DNA of 64,000 nt from Archangium sp. (GTDB taxonomy: Bacteria; Myxococcota; Myxococcia; Myxococcales; Myxococcaceae). The DNA is taken from contig JANLPS010000019.1 in the NCBI GenBank assembly GCA_031367385.1, positions 15,263 to 79,262 on the forward strand, read 5' to 3'. Position numbers and translations under genes: made by a program. A model generated the notes under the pieces. The model did no database searches. It was not told where the DNA came from and was given only the letters and a program-made list of their open reading frames with translations. The stretch's first letter is position 1. Each line of letters begins with the position of its first letter. Shown piece after piece: positions 10,354 through 18,666 of this stretch.

Positions 10354-11952
10354 ATGACTGGGCCCAGTTCACCATTGACGGCGGGGATGATCGTCGCCGA
10401 GACGTACGACGTCGAGCGGCTGCTCGGCAAAGGCGGCATGGGCGAGGTGTGGCTCGCGCGGCACCTGCGGCTGGCTGGCAAGCAGGTGGCAATCAAGGTC
10501 TTGCGGGCGCTGGCGCAGAACCCCAGCGCAGAGCTGCTGTCGCGTTTTCGCCGCGAGGCTGAGATCGCCGCGCGCCTCGAGCACCCGAACATCGTGCAGG
10601 TGCTCGACTTCAATCAGCTGCCCAGCGGTGAGCCGTACCTGGTGATGGAGTTCTTGAAAGGCGAGAGCCTCGCCGATCGCCTTCGCGCGAGCGGCGGGTC
10701 GATGCACCCAACCCAGGTGCAGGGCATCGTGCTCCAGGTCGGCTCGGCGTTGCAGACCGCGCACGCGGCCGGCGTGGTGCACCGCGACCTCAAGCCCGAC
10801 AATATTTTTCTGGTGCCCACCGCGCTGGGAGACCAGATCAAAGTGCTCGACTTCGGCATCTCGAAGCTGGCGCAGGCGAGCACGCTGCAGACGACGGAGC
10901 AGACCCTGTTGGGCACTCCGCTCTACATGTCACCCGAGCAGGCGCTGGGGCAGAACCGCGACACGACCGCGCAGAGCGATATTTTTTCGTTGGGCTCGAT
11001 TTGTTACGAGCTGCTGACCGGCACGGCGCCCTTCGTCGCGGAGTCGATTGCGCAGGTGGTCTTTCGCATCGCGTACCAGCCGCACGTGCCGCTGCAGCAG
11101 ATCATCTCAGGGGTGCCCGCCAACGTGGTGAACGCGGTAGAGCACGCGTTGATCAAAGATCGCGCGGCCCGAACGCCGAACATCGCGACGTTCATTCGTG
11201 AATTGACCGGCCAAGAGCTGACCGACACGGGGCGAGAGCCCAACTCGGGCGTGTACCAACCGGGCATGCAGGTCACTGACTCGCTGATGAACAACGCGAC
11301 GGTCGCTCCCTCGGGCGCCGCCCCGGCCTCGAAGGTGACTCCCTTTTCGAGATCAATGGCGCCAGTGAGCCGAGTCAGCACCGATGCCGGTGCCACCGCT
11401 GCCAAACCTTCGAGCGCCAAGTGGGTGCTGGCGGGCCTCGTGGCGGTGGCTGTGCTCGCGGCGGGTGTGGTGGTCGCGATGCGGCAGCCAGGCACCGCCC
11501 AACCGGTCAGGGTCATCGACGCCGGTCACGCGATCAGCGTCGTCGAGGCGGTCATCGATGCGGGGCCTGCCGTCGCGGTCGTCGAACCGGTCATCGACGC
11601 GGGGGTCGCCGTTGCAGTCATCGCTCCGCCTCCGACGGTGAAAGTCACGGTCGCTCCAGAGCCACCGATGCCTGAAGGTGACAAGCGCTTCGTCGACGAG
11701 ATGAAGGCCCTCAAGCGCGACAAGCTTTGGGAAAAAATGAAAGGCGTGGCGGCGACCGCGCGAAACAGCCTCAAGAGCACGGCGGGCAAGCGAGCGGTGG
11801 TGTTGCTCGCGCTCGAGGCCGACTGTGCGCTCAAAGACATCTCGTCGGCCACCAGCGACTACCGCCGGCTCAACGGCTTTGGCGAATCGGCGGCACTGAA
11901 CAGTGCAATTCCCATCTGTCATCAGTATCTGCCTGATTGGGACCCGCGGTAA
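10354..11952 (+). CDS. Membrane Ser/Thr protein kinase, paralog B
   Basis: GKGGMG, HRDLKPDN, DFG and GTPLYMSPEQ motifs; TM helix; VIDAG repeats; close paralog of 7401..8996. Confidence 0.95.
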   Translation: MTGPSSPLTAGMIVAETYDVERLLGKGGMGEVWLARHLRLAGKQVAIKVLRALAQNPSAELLSRFRREAEIAARLEHPNIVQVLDFNQLPSGEPYLVMEFLKGESLADRLRASGGSMHPTQVQGIVLQVGSALQTAHAAGVVHRDLKPDNIFLVPTALGDQIKVLDFGISKLAQASTLQTTEQTLLGTPLYMSPEQALGQNRDTTAQSDIFSLGSICYELLTGTAPFVAESIAQVVFRIAYQPHVPLQQIISGVPANVVNAVEHALIKDRAARTPNIATFIRELTGQELTDTGREPNSGVYQPGMQVTDSLMNNATVAPSGAAPASKVTPFSRSMAPVSRVSTDAGATAAKPSSAKWVLAGLVAVAVLAAGVVVAMRQPGTAQPVRVIDAGHAISVVEAVIDAGPAVAVVEPVIDAGVAVAVIAPPPTVKVTVAPEPPMPEGDKRFVDEMKALKRDKLWEKMKGVAATARNSLKSTAGKRAVVLLALEADCALKDISSATSDYRRLNGFGESAALNSAIPICHQYLPDWDPR

Positions 11953-11968
11953 CGAAAGCCAAACGACC

Positions 11969-12931
11969 ATGACTCCTCGACGAATCATCTTTTCACTGAG
12001 CGTGGCCTGCGTCGCCCTCACCAGCTGCAACTTCACCGCGGGTGGCGGTGGCGGCACCGGCGGCGGCTCGGGAGGCGGCACCGGGGCGAGCTTCACCTTC
12101 AACAAGGGCTTCACCTACGTGCGCAAAGACGATCGCAACGTCTACATCGCCGACGAGGCCGATTTTCAGACCAATGCGACCCTCACGTCGAGCGGCGGCG
12201 TGAGCAACCCAAGCCTCTCGAAGGATGGGAAGCGCATCGTCTTCGTGCAGAAGGCGGGCACGACCACCACGATTCAAACCGTGTTGACCGCGGGCAGCAC
12301 GCCCAGCACGGTGTTGACGTCAGACACCCTCAAGAAGAACTTTCGCCAGCCCGTCTTCTCGCCCAGCGGCACGCAAATCGCGTTCGCGTATGACGACGGC
12401 AACTCGACCAGCATCGGGTTGGTCAACAGCGACGGCTCGAACTTTCAAAAGCTGATCGGCGGCGGAGCCCTCGCCTACTCGCTGCCCAGCTTCGCGCCCG
12501 ATGGCAACTCGGTGGTGGCGGCCGCCGGCACCGTGGGCCTCGAGCTCAAGCAAATCGAGCGCATCACTTTGGCGACGGGCCTCGCGACGAGCGTCACCAA
12601 CACGCTCGGGGCTGAAGCGACGAACATCGCGAATCGCTTCTCGGTCTCACCCGATGGCACCAAGGCCGCGTTCGACGGCCAGGTCAGCTCGGGCGTGACT
12701 CGCATCTTCGTCATCGACTTGAGCACCAAGGTCGTCACCAAGGTCAACGAGTACATGGGCGAGCCGAACACGAACGACTCCTTTCCCACCTGGTACAGCA
12801 ACGGCGCGTTGGCCTTCGGCTCTGACTCGGGTGGCAACGACAACGTGTACCGCACGACCCTCACCGGCACCGAGCGCAAGCTGCTGGTGCCCAAGGCGAT
12901 CGAGGCCTGGTACGGGCCGACCGCGCAGTGA
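11969..12931 (+). CDS. TolB-like/PD40 beta-propeller lipoprotein
   Basis: Lipobox LTSC, Gly linker, repeated P..SPDG..IAF blades. Confidence 0.85.
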   Translation: MTPRRIIFSLSVACVALTSCNFTAGGGGGTGGGSGGGTGASFTFNKGFTYVRKDDRNVYIADEADFQTNATLTSSGGVSNPSLSKDGKRIVFVQKAGTTTTIQTVLTAGSTPSTVLTSDTLKKNFRQPVFSPSGTQIAFAYDDGNSTSIGLVNSDGSNFQKLIGGGALAYSLPSFAPDGNSVVAAAGTVGLELKQIERITLATGLATSVTNTLGAEATNIANRFSVSPDGTKAAFDGQVSSGVTRIFVIDLSTKVVTKVNEYMGEPNTNDSFPTWYSNGALAFGSDSGGNDNVYRTTLTGTERKLLVPKAIEAWYGPTAQ

Positions 12932-13284
12932 AGTCGGCTGAAGACATCGCGAAGGCCTGGCTCGAGGCCTTCAACGCACATGACGTGCCGAAGGTGGTGG
13001 CGCTCTACGCCGATGACTGCACCCACACCTCGCCGAAGATTCGCGCGCTGCACCCGCAGACCGGGGGCAAGCTGCATGGCAAGGCCGCCCTGACCACCTG
13101 GTGGGACGACGCGATGAAGCGCCTGCCGGGCATTCGGTACGAGCTGACAGCGTTGACCGCCGACTCGCGGCAGGTGTTGGTTGAGTATCTGCGGCACGCT
13201 CCGAATGAGCCGGTGATGCCGGTGGCCGAGGTCTTCGAAGTACGCGACGGCTACATCACCGCGTCGCGCGTCTATCACGGGTAG
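12928..13284 (+). CDS. SnoaL-like/NTF2 family protein
   Basis: WLEAFNAHD..ALYADD, GKAAL..WW and EVRDGYI motifs; GTGA overlap with the upstream gene. Confidence 0.88.
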   Translation: MKSAEDIAKAWLEAFNAHDVPKVVALYADDCTHTSPKIRALHPQTGGKLHGKAALTTWWDDAMKRLPGIRYELTALTADSRQVLVEYLRHAPNEPVMPVAEVFEVRDGYITASRVYHG

Positions 13285-13377
13285 CGAACAGCTCCTGACA
13301 GTGGAGCCGCGGCGTCAGAGGTGCGCGATGATCGCCTGTACGACGTGCGAGTGACGGGGCTTCAATCGGTGTTCGGC
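13283..13377 (+). repeat. Chimeric duplicated segment (copy of 18559-18596 fused to a copy of 19834-19890)
   Basis: Manual alignment gives 35/38 and 51/57 identical bases. Confidence 0.9.
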
Positions 13378-13382
13378 CTTGA

Positions 13383-16300
13383 TCAGTCGCTGGTGATGAG
13401 TCCCCGAAAGGTCTCGTACCCTTTTCCGGTAATCTGGGCCGCGCCACCGGTCTGGCCATCCCAAAACTTGATGGTGCCACCTTCATTCACGCCGTTGAAG
13501 AGATGCCCTTCCCACCCCGGGCCACTCTCAGCGGCGATGATGGCTCGGGTACCTGGGCCGCCGTTGAGCAATTGCTGCGAGACGCTCTCGATCGAGCCCC
13601 TGGGGCCGAAGGTGCGCCCGAACAGCCGCTCGAGCCCCGTGACGCCCTGAACCCGCGGGGCGGCCGGCGCAGCAATCGGGAACCCATTGATCGTGGAGTC
13701 GGTTGCGACGCAGCACTTCGCGCAATTGGTCGTGCTGCCACTCGGGTTGATGCCGCGAGGGCCAAACACGGGCGAATACACCGGGCGCGGGGGCACCACG
13801 ACTGGCTTGCTCATCGCTGGTCGCCCCGGCACGCCCATCGGAAATGGAGTGAAGACGTCGGAGGGTTTGAATGGCTTGCCGGCCCCACCGAGCTCGCCGC
13901 TCGACGGTTCGCCGCCCCCAGTCGGAGCTGGGCGTACCGGCTTTAGCTTCTCGAGGGCTTCAGGGTCGGTGAACGTCAGTGGGTTCGCATCGACGTACGC
14001 GTAGGTATTGAAGCCGCCCTCGATGCCGCCGGGGTCATTCTGCAGGTAGCGCCCAAGGCGCGGGTCGTACACGCGGCGCCAGTTGTGAAAGAGACCTGAC
14101 TCGGCGTCGAACACCTGACCGGGGTAGCGGAGATTGACGATGAGCGCGGGAGCGGTGGCCCGCAGCCGCACCGAGCCCCCGTTACCGAAGATTCGGCTCG
14201 ACGACAGCACGCCGGTTGGTTTGGTGGTGCCGAATGCGCTGTAGGGCCACTGCCACACCGTTCGAGCACCATCGTCGGTGACCAGCCGGGGCGTATTCAG
14301 ATTGTCGGCATGAATCGCCCACAAGCGCCCACCTGCAAAGAGGCCAATGGGCATGGCCTGCCCGTCTTCACCCGGCAGCCAGATGAATTCGACGCGGTCG
14401 AACGAGCGCTCTGCACTGGGCCCATATTCGCCGAGCAGGTTGGGCACCGGCCCAGAGTCCGAGTACAGAAGACTTTGGCCGACGGTGCTCCACCACCCAG
14501 CCAACGACTTGAAGACCCGCTGGCCACGCGCATTGTGCCGGTATTTCACCGCGCCAGACGAGCGAACGAGGTGCGCGGAGGCCCTGACCAGTCGATTCGA
14601 GGTGTCGTAGTCGAAAGACCGCGAGCCATCGGTGAGTAGATTGCCGTTGGCATCGAACACGAACCGGCGGCGATCTGCAGAAGCAAGATGCCCCCACCAA
14701 CTCGGAGTCAGACGCGACGTCTCGCGCGTGCCGAGAAGCCGGTTGCTCGATGGGTCGATGCTGTTCTCACCCGTGGTCGTTTTGTTGATCAGCACTGCGC
14801 TGTCGTCGAAGACGCCGTCGAGGTCGAGCTCGTTCGTGCTGTTCTCGCTCGACGTCAGTCGATTGCCGTTCGAGTCGTATGAGTACGTGACCGTGTCTCC
14901 AAAACGTTCGAAGCGACTGATGCGACCGCGCGCGTCGTAGGCGACCTGCCACGAGATCGGCACGACGCCTCGTTGGGCGCGCAGATTCTGCGTGAGGCCG
15001 ATGATGCGGCCCTCTGCGTCATACGTGTAGGTCGAGAGCTCGGTACTGGTGACGCGCCCTTCAGGGTCAAACGTGCGCTGCGCGACCTCGCCATTGAACC
15101 ATCGCCACGATTTGACCTGGTTCAGTGCGTTGTAGGCGAGCTCGCGTACGAAGGGAGCGGTCTGGCCGCGGCCCGGCAGGCGCACATCGACCTGCGTCGT
15201 TTGGCCGCTCGTGTTCTGCGCATAGGTGACGACGAGCCCACTGGGGTAGGTGATCTGCGCGAGCCCGCCGCCTGGGTGGTAGGCGTACGAAACCCCGAGC
15301 GTGCTGAGCACACGAACCCCTTCGCGGACCACCTGGGTCTTGGTCAGAATGCGACCCAATTCATCGCGGGTGAACGTCGTATGGCCGCTGGAGTCTTCGA
15401 AGCGTGAGACGTCACCCGCCGGGTCATAGACGAGGGTGTCTCGCGTGCCGTCTGCGTGAGTGATCGCAGTGGGCCGATTGAGCGCGTCGAAGAGCGTGCT
15501 GGTGACGAGGCCCTTGGCATCTCTTCGTGAGAACACGTTGCCGTTCGCGTCGCGGGTGAACGTGGTGCCGCCGGTGTCAGGGCTGTTTTGCGCAATGACC
15601 TCACCAAAACCGTTTCGCGTGTACTGCGTCTTGATGCCCCTCGGGTCGGTGGCCGAGGTCACCTCATTGCTCGGGCTCCAGGTGTATGTGGCTTGGCCGC
15701 GGTCGGTGAACGTCGTCGCGATCGGTCGCCCCAGGGGGTCGAGGGTCTCCTGGGTCATCTGGCCCAACGAGTTGGTGGCGCTGATCAGCTCGCCGTTGAG
15801 GTCATATGCATACGTACTGGTCTTGCCGTTCGAGTCGCTCGACGACACGACCCGATTGAGCGCATTGATGCCGCGGGTGACAGACAGCGGCGAGCCGCCG
15901 GTGGCCCCAGTCGCCTCTTCGCGCAAGGGGTTGCCCATGCCGTCGCGGGTGTAGGTGACCTTGCCGCCTCGGCTGTCACTCACGCGCGAGAGGCGCTGGG
16001 CGTCGTCGTATTCGTAGTGAACGACGTTGCCGTTGGGCAGGGTGACCGACTCAATCGTGCCAATCGGCGTGTAGGCGAAGGCGACCTGCTCACCACCCTT
16101 GGTGATCTGCCGAACGCGGTTTCGTTCATCGTAGGTGAACGTCGTGGTGACGCCGGTGGGTTCAACCCGGGCCACCATGTTGCCCGCGCTGTCGTACTGA
16201 AACTCGGTTTGCTCACCGAGGGCGTTGCGGAGCGACGAGAGGTTGCCAGCTGAATCGTAGCTGAGCTGGCTCGTTGCGCCCTTGGGGTCGGTGACAACGT

Positions 16301-18413
16301 CGATGAGCCCGCTCTGGTTGTACGACCAGCGCGAGGTTCGGGTCTGCCCAGTGGCCGTATCGGTGATTGCCTGGCTGAGCATCGTGCCCGCGTCGTCATA
16401 GCCGTAGACGGTGACGCGCCCCGGTTCGGTGAGCTTGCTGGGCAGCTTGAAGTCAGGGTGCCACTGCGTCTGTGAGAGCTGCGCCACCGACGTGTTCGAC
16501 GCCAGCGTGCTCGAGGTGAGCAGCTTGCGACCCGTGTCCCATTGAAATGAGGCTTGGGTGCCCAAGAAGTCGTTCTGCGTCGAGACCAGCGTCGTACCAG
16601 GCGTGAACGTGCGGCTGGCCACAGACTGGCCGCTAAAGGCGCCATTCGATTCGAGCAACTGCACGTCTCCATCGCCGCCGCGCCAGGTCGAGCTGCGCAG
16701 GGTGTTCAGCGGGTCGGTCACGAGCGTCGTCGCGGTGAAAGCCGACGAGCCGACCTGGCTGCCCTCGATCAGCTTGGGCCCCTCGCTGGTGAGCTTCTCG
16801 TCGTACACGAAGGAGTACGCCTGCGTGTGACCGGCGTGCTCGGTCGAGGTGGCTCGGCCCGCGAGGTCATAGGTAAAGCTCGCGTAGCGAACGCCACGTT
16901 CGTCGATGATGCCCGTCAAGGCGCCGGGGTGCGCCACGTCTTCGTAGACGAAGATTCGGCCTGCACCGTCGGGGTAGAGAACATCGCTCAAGCGGTTCAA
17001 CCCATCGAACGAATACTCAATCGTTCTGCCGTCGGGCGTGGTCACCACTCTGAGCCGGCCATCGGCGTCGTACGCGAACGTCAAGGCCCGACCGAACGCG
17101 TTTCGCACGCTGATCAGCTGCGCATTCTCGTTGTAGAGCAGTGTCATCGCCCAGCCGTTGCGCTGCGTGACTGACATCAGCCTGCCGGCGTCGTCGAAGA
17201 GCGAACGCTCCAGGTCGTCGCCGCGGGTGTAGATGAAGCCGTTGGCGACTTCTTCGAGCGCATCGCTTCGATTGTCGGCCACCCACGGGCTTGGCGGGGT
17301 CGCTCGCTCGAAGCTGACGCGGCTGCCGTCGCCGAAGTGAATGATCGTCTTTCGCTCGGCCCTGTCGGCCCACGTCATCCACTCGTGGCTCCAGTGCGCA
17401 CCGAGCTCGAAAGCGAACTTCGAATAGCTGCGGTAGAAGCGGGTGATCGACAGCGGGTGAGGCGTCTTGTCTTGCCAGTCGACCTCGGTCTGCGTCTTCT
17501 CACCCGTCACCGCGCTCACCGGGTTGCCATTTTGGCCTTCGCAGACGTCGGCTTCTTCGACGGTGATTTCGTGAGTCGCTGGGGTCTTGCAGCCCGCGCA
17601 GGTCGCCGTCAGCCGATCGGTCATCGCCGTATACGGCGGCACGTAGGTGAAGACGAACAGACCCTCGCTGTTGGTGGTACCGACGAGCACCAGGCCGCTG
17701 TCGCTGGTGACGGTGACCGTTTTACCGGCGGCGCCAATGCCGCCTTGCGAGACGCGCGCGGTTTGAGTCAGCGCGGGGCCGGTGATCATCGTCTTGGTGG
17801 TCGATGCGCCGGTCAGGCTGATGACGGGCGAGGCCTTGCACCTGAAGCCCGAGGGAGTCGAAGCACGAACGAGCTCCGCACCCTCTTCGCACTCCCAATA
17901 CTTGCTTCTGTAGAGCAGCGATCTGTCCAACTTCCTCGAAGCGGAGATGTTGCCGTCGGAGTCTTGCGTCGTGCCCCAGCTCTGCAACCAGAAGACCTTC
18001 GAGTCGAACGCGGGGCTGATCGTCGATTCAACCTGAGAAATGCACACGATGTGCGCAGCGGTGTAGCCGTAGTCGAAGGGCTCGAGCACTGGCTCATCGG
18101 CCGAGTGAAAATACTGGGCGAAGACGAACTTCGTGTAGCACTTGGCCGCGGCCGAAAAGCCTTCCTCCGTCAGCAGTTTCTTGTCGGTGCACTGTCTGCC
18201 GAGCGGAGTCTGGCGATAGGTGCCTTGAAAAAAGCATGCGCACACCATGTCGATGTTCGTCGGGCCGCCGTAGTAGTAGTCGACGCACACTTGCGTTCTG
18301 TAGTCGGAGAGCACTGGCTCAACGCAGCTGCCCGGTGTTTCGCAGTCGGCCAGGGCCGAGGTGCTCATGACGGCAGTCAAGATGCCAGCCACGACGCCGC
18401 ATGAAGCTCTCAC
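13383..18413 (-). CDS. Rhs/YD-repeat polymorphic toxin with signal peptide, DUF6531-like domain and C-terminal papain-fold (Tox-PL-like) domain
   Basis: NPVSAVTGEK...LGAHWSH; many YD repeats; core NLRYPGQ...YDPRLGRY..DP...N.YAYV.ANP..FTDPEAL; tip NCAKC...GHLFN...DGQTG. Confidence 0.92.
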   Translation of the reverse strand: MRASCGVVAGILTAVMSTSALADCETPGSCVEPVLSDYRTQVCVDYYYGGPTNIDMVCACFFQGTYRQTPLGRQCTDKKLLTEEGFSAAAKCYTKFVFAQYFHSADEPVLEPFDYGYTAAHIVCISQVESTISPAFDSKVFWLQSWGTTQDSDGNISASRKLDRSLLYRSKYWECEEGAELVRASTPSGFRCKASPVISLTGASTTKTMITGPALTQTARVSQGGIGAAGKTVTVTSDSGLVLVGTTNSEGLFVFTYVPPYTAMTDRLTATCAGCKTPATHEITVEEADVCEGQNGNPVSAVTGEKTQTEVDWQDKTPHPLSITRFYRSYSKFAFELGAHWSHEWMTWADRAERKTIIHFGDGSRVSFERATPPSPWVADNRSDALEEVANGFIYTRGDDLERSLFDDAGRLMSVTQRNGWAMTLLYNENAQLISVRNAFGRALTFAYDADGRLRVVTTPDGRTIEYSFDGLNRLSDVLYPDGAGRIFVYEDVAHPGALTGIIDERGVRYASFTYDLAGRATSTEHAGHTQAYSFVYDEKLTSEGPKLIEGSQVGSSAFTATTLVTDPLNTLRSSTWRGGDGDVQLLESNGAFSGQSVASRTFTPGTTLVSTQNDFLGTQASFQWDTGRKLLTSSTLASNTSVAQLSQTQWHPDFKLPSKLTEPGRVTVYGYDDAGTMLSQAITDTATGQTRTSRWSYNQSGLIDVVTDPKGATSQLSYDSAGNLSSLRNALGEQTEFQYDSAGNMVARVEPTGVTTTFTYDERNRVRQITKGGEQVAFAYTPIGTIESVTLPNGNVVHYEYDDAQRLSRVSDSRGGKVTYTRDGMGNPLREEATGATGGSPLSVTRGINALNRVVSSSDSNGKTSTYAYDLNGELISATNSLGQMTQETLDPLGRPIATTFTDRGQATYTWSPSNEVTSATDPRGIKTQYTRNGFGEVIAQNSPDTGGTTFTRDANGNVFSRRDAKGLVTSTLFDALNRPTAITHADGTRDTLVYDPAGDVSRFEDSSGHTTFTRDELGRILTKTQVVREGVRVLSTLGVSYAYHPGGGLAQITYPSGLVVTYAQNTSGQTTQVDVRLPGRGQTAPFVRELAYNALNQVKSWRWFNGEVAQRTFDPEGRVTSTELSTYTYDAEGRIIGLTQNLRAQRGVVPISWQVAYDARGRISRFERFGDTVTYSYDSNGNRLTSSENSTNELDLDGVFDDSAVLINKTTTGENSIDPSSNRLLGTRETSRLTPSWWGHLASADRRRFVFDANGNLLTDGSRSFDYDTSNRLVRASAHLVRSSGAVKYRHNARGQRVFKSLAGWWSTVGQSLLYSDSGPVPNLLGEYGPSAERSFDRVEFIWLPGEDGQAMPIGLFAGGRLWAIHADNLNTPRLVTDDGARTVWQWPYSAFGTTKPTGVLSSSRIFGNGGSVRLRATAPALIVNLRYPGQVFDAESGLFHNWRRVYDPRLGRYLQNDPGGIEGGFNTYAYVDANPLTFTDPEALEKLKPVRPAPTGGGEPSSGELGGAGKPFKPSDVFTPFPMGVPGRPAMSKPVVVPPRPVYSPVFGPRGINPSGSTTNCAKCCVATDSTINGFPIAAPAAPRVQGVTGLERLFGRTFGPRGSIESVSQQLLNGGPGTRAIIAAESGPGWEGHLFNGVNEGGTIKFWDGQTGGAAQITGKGYETFRGLITSD

Positions 18414-18558
18414 GAGTCACCCGCTGTGAAGGAGTTGGCGGCGCCCTTTCCACGCGCTGTGCCAGCGCTTTCGCGCTGATATCTGGGGCCTTTTCTGAGG
18501 TGTGAACAGGCGTGTCCACTCCACTGGTGCATCTCTGCTCCAAGATCAGCTGGCGTTC

Positions 18559-18609
18559 AGCGCACAGCTCCCGACAGTGGAGCCTCGGCGTCAGAGCGCA
18601 CGCTGAGGC
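18559..18609 (+). repeat. Second copy of the 38-bp repeat, whose 3' part forms the left arm of a hairpin (18582-18609)
   Basis: gcctcggcgt-N8-acgctgaggc inverted repeat; 18559-18596 matches 13283-13320. Confidence 0.8.
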
Positions 18610-18631
18610 AAACTTGAGCGCAAGCTGACGT

Positions 18632-18659
18632 TTGACTTTGTCTCTTCGCAGGCCAGACT
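18632..18659 (+). promoter_or_regulatory. Possible sigma70-type promoter for the lipoprotein operon (leaderless)
   Basis: TTGACT-N16-CAGACT, 7 nt before GTG 18667; no SD sequence. Confidence 0.35.
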
Positions 18660-18666
18660 CCCGCGC

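Noticed and set aside
12928..13284. SnoaL protein as Rhs immunity protein
   Set aside because: It is on the opposite strand and translationally coupled to the TolB-like gene; not excluded, but unsupported.
13321..13377. Diversity-generating retroelement TR/VR pair with 19834-19890
   Set aside because: Mismatches are not adenine-specific, the repeat is short and mid-gene, and no reverse transcriptase is present in the window.
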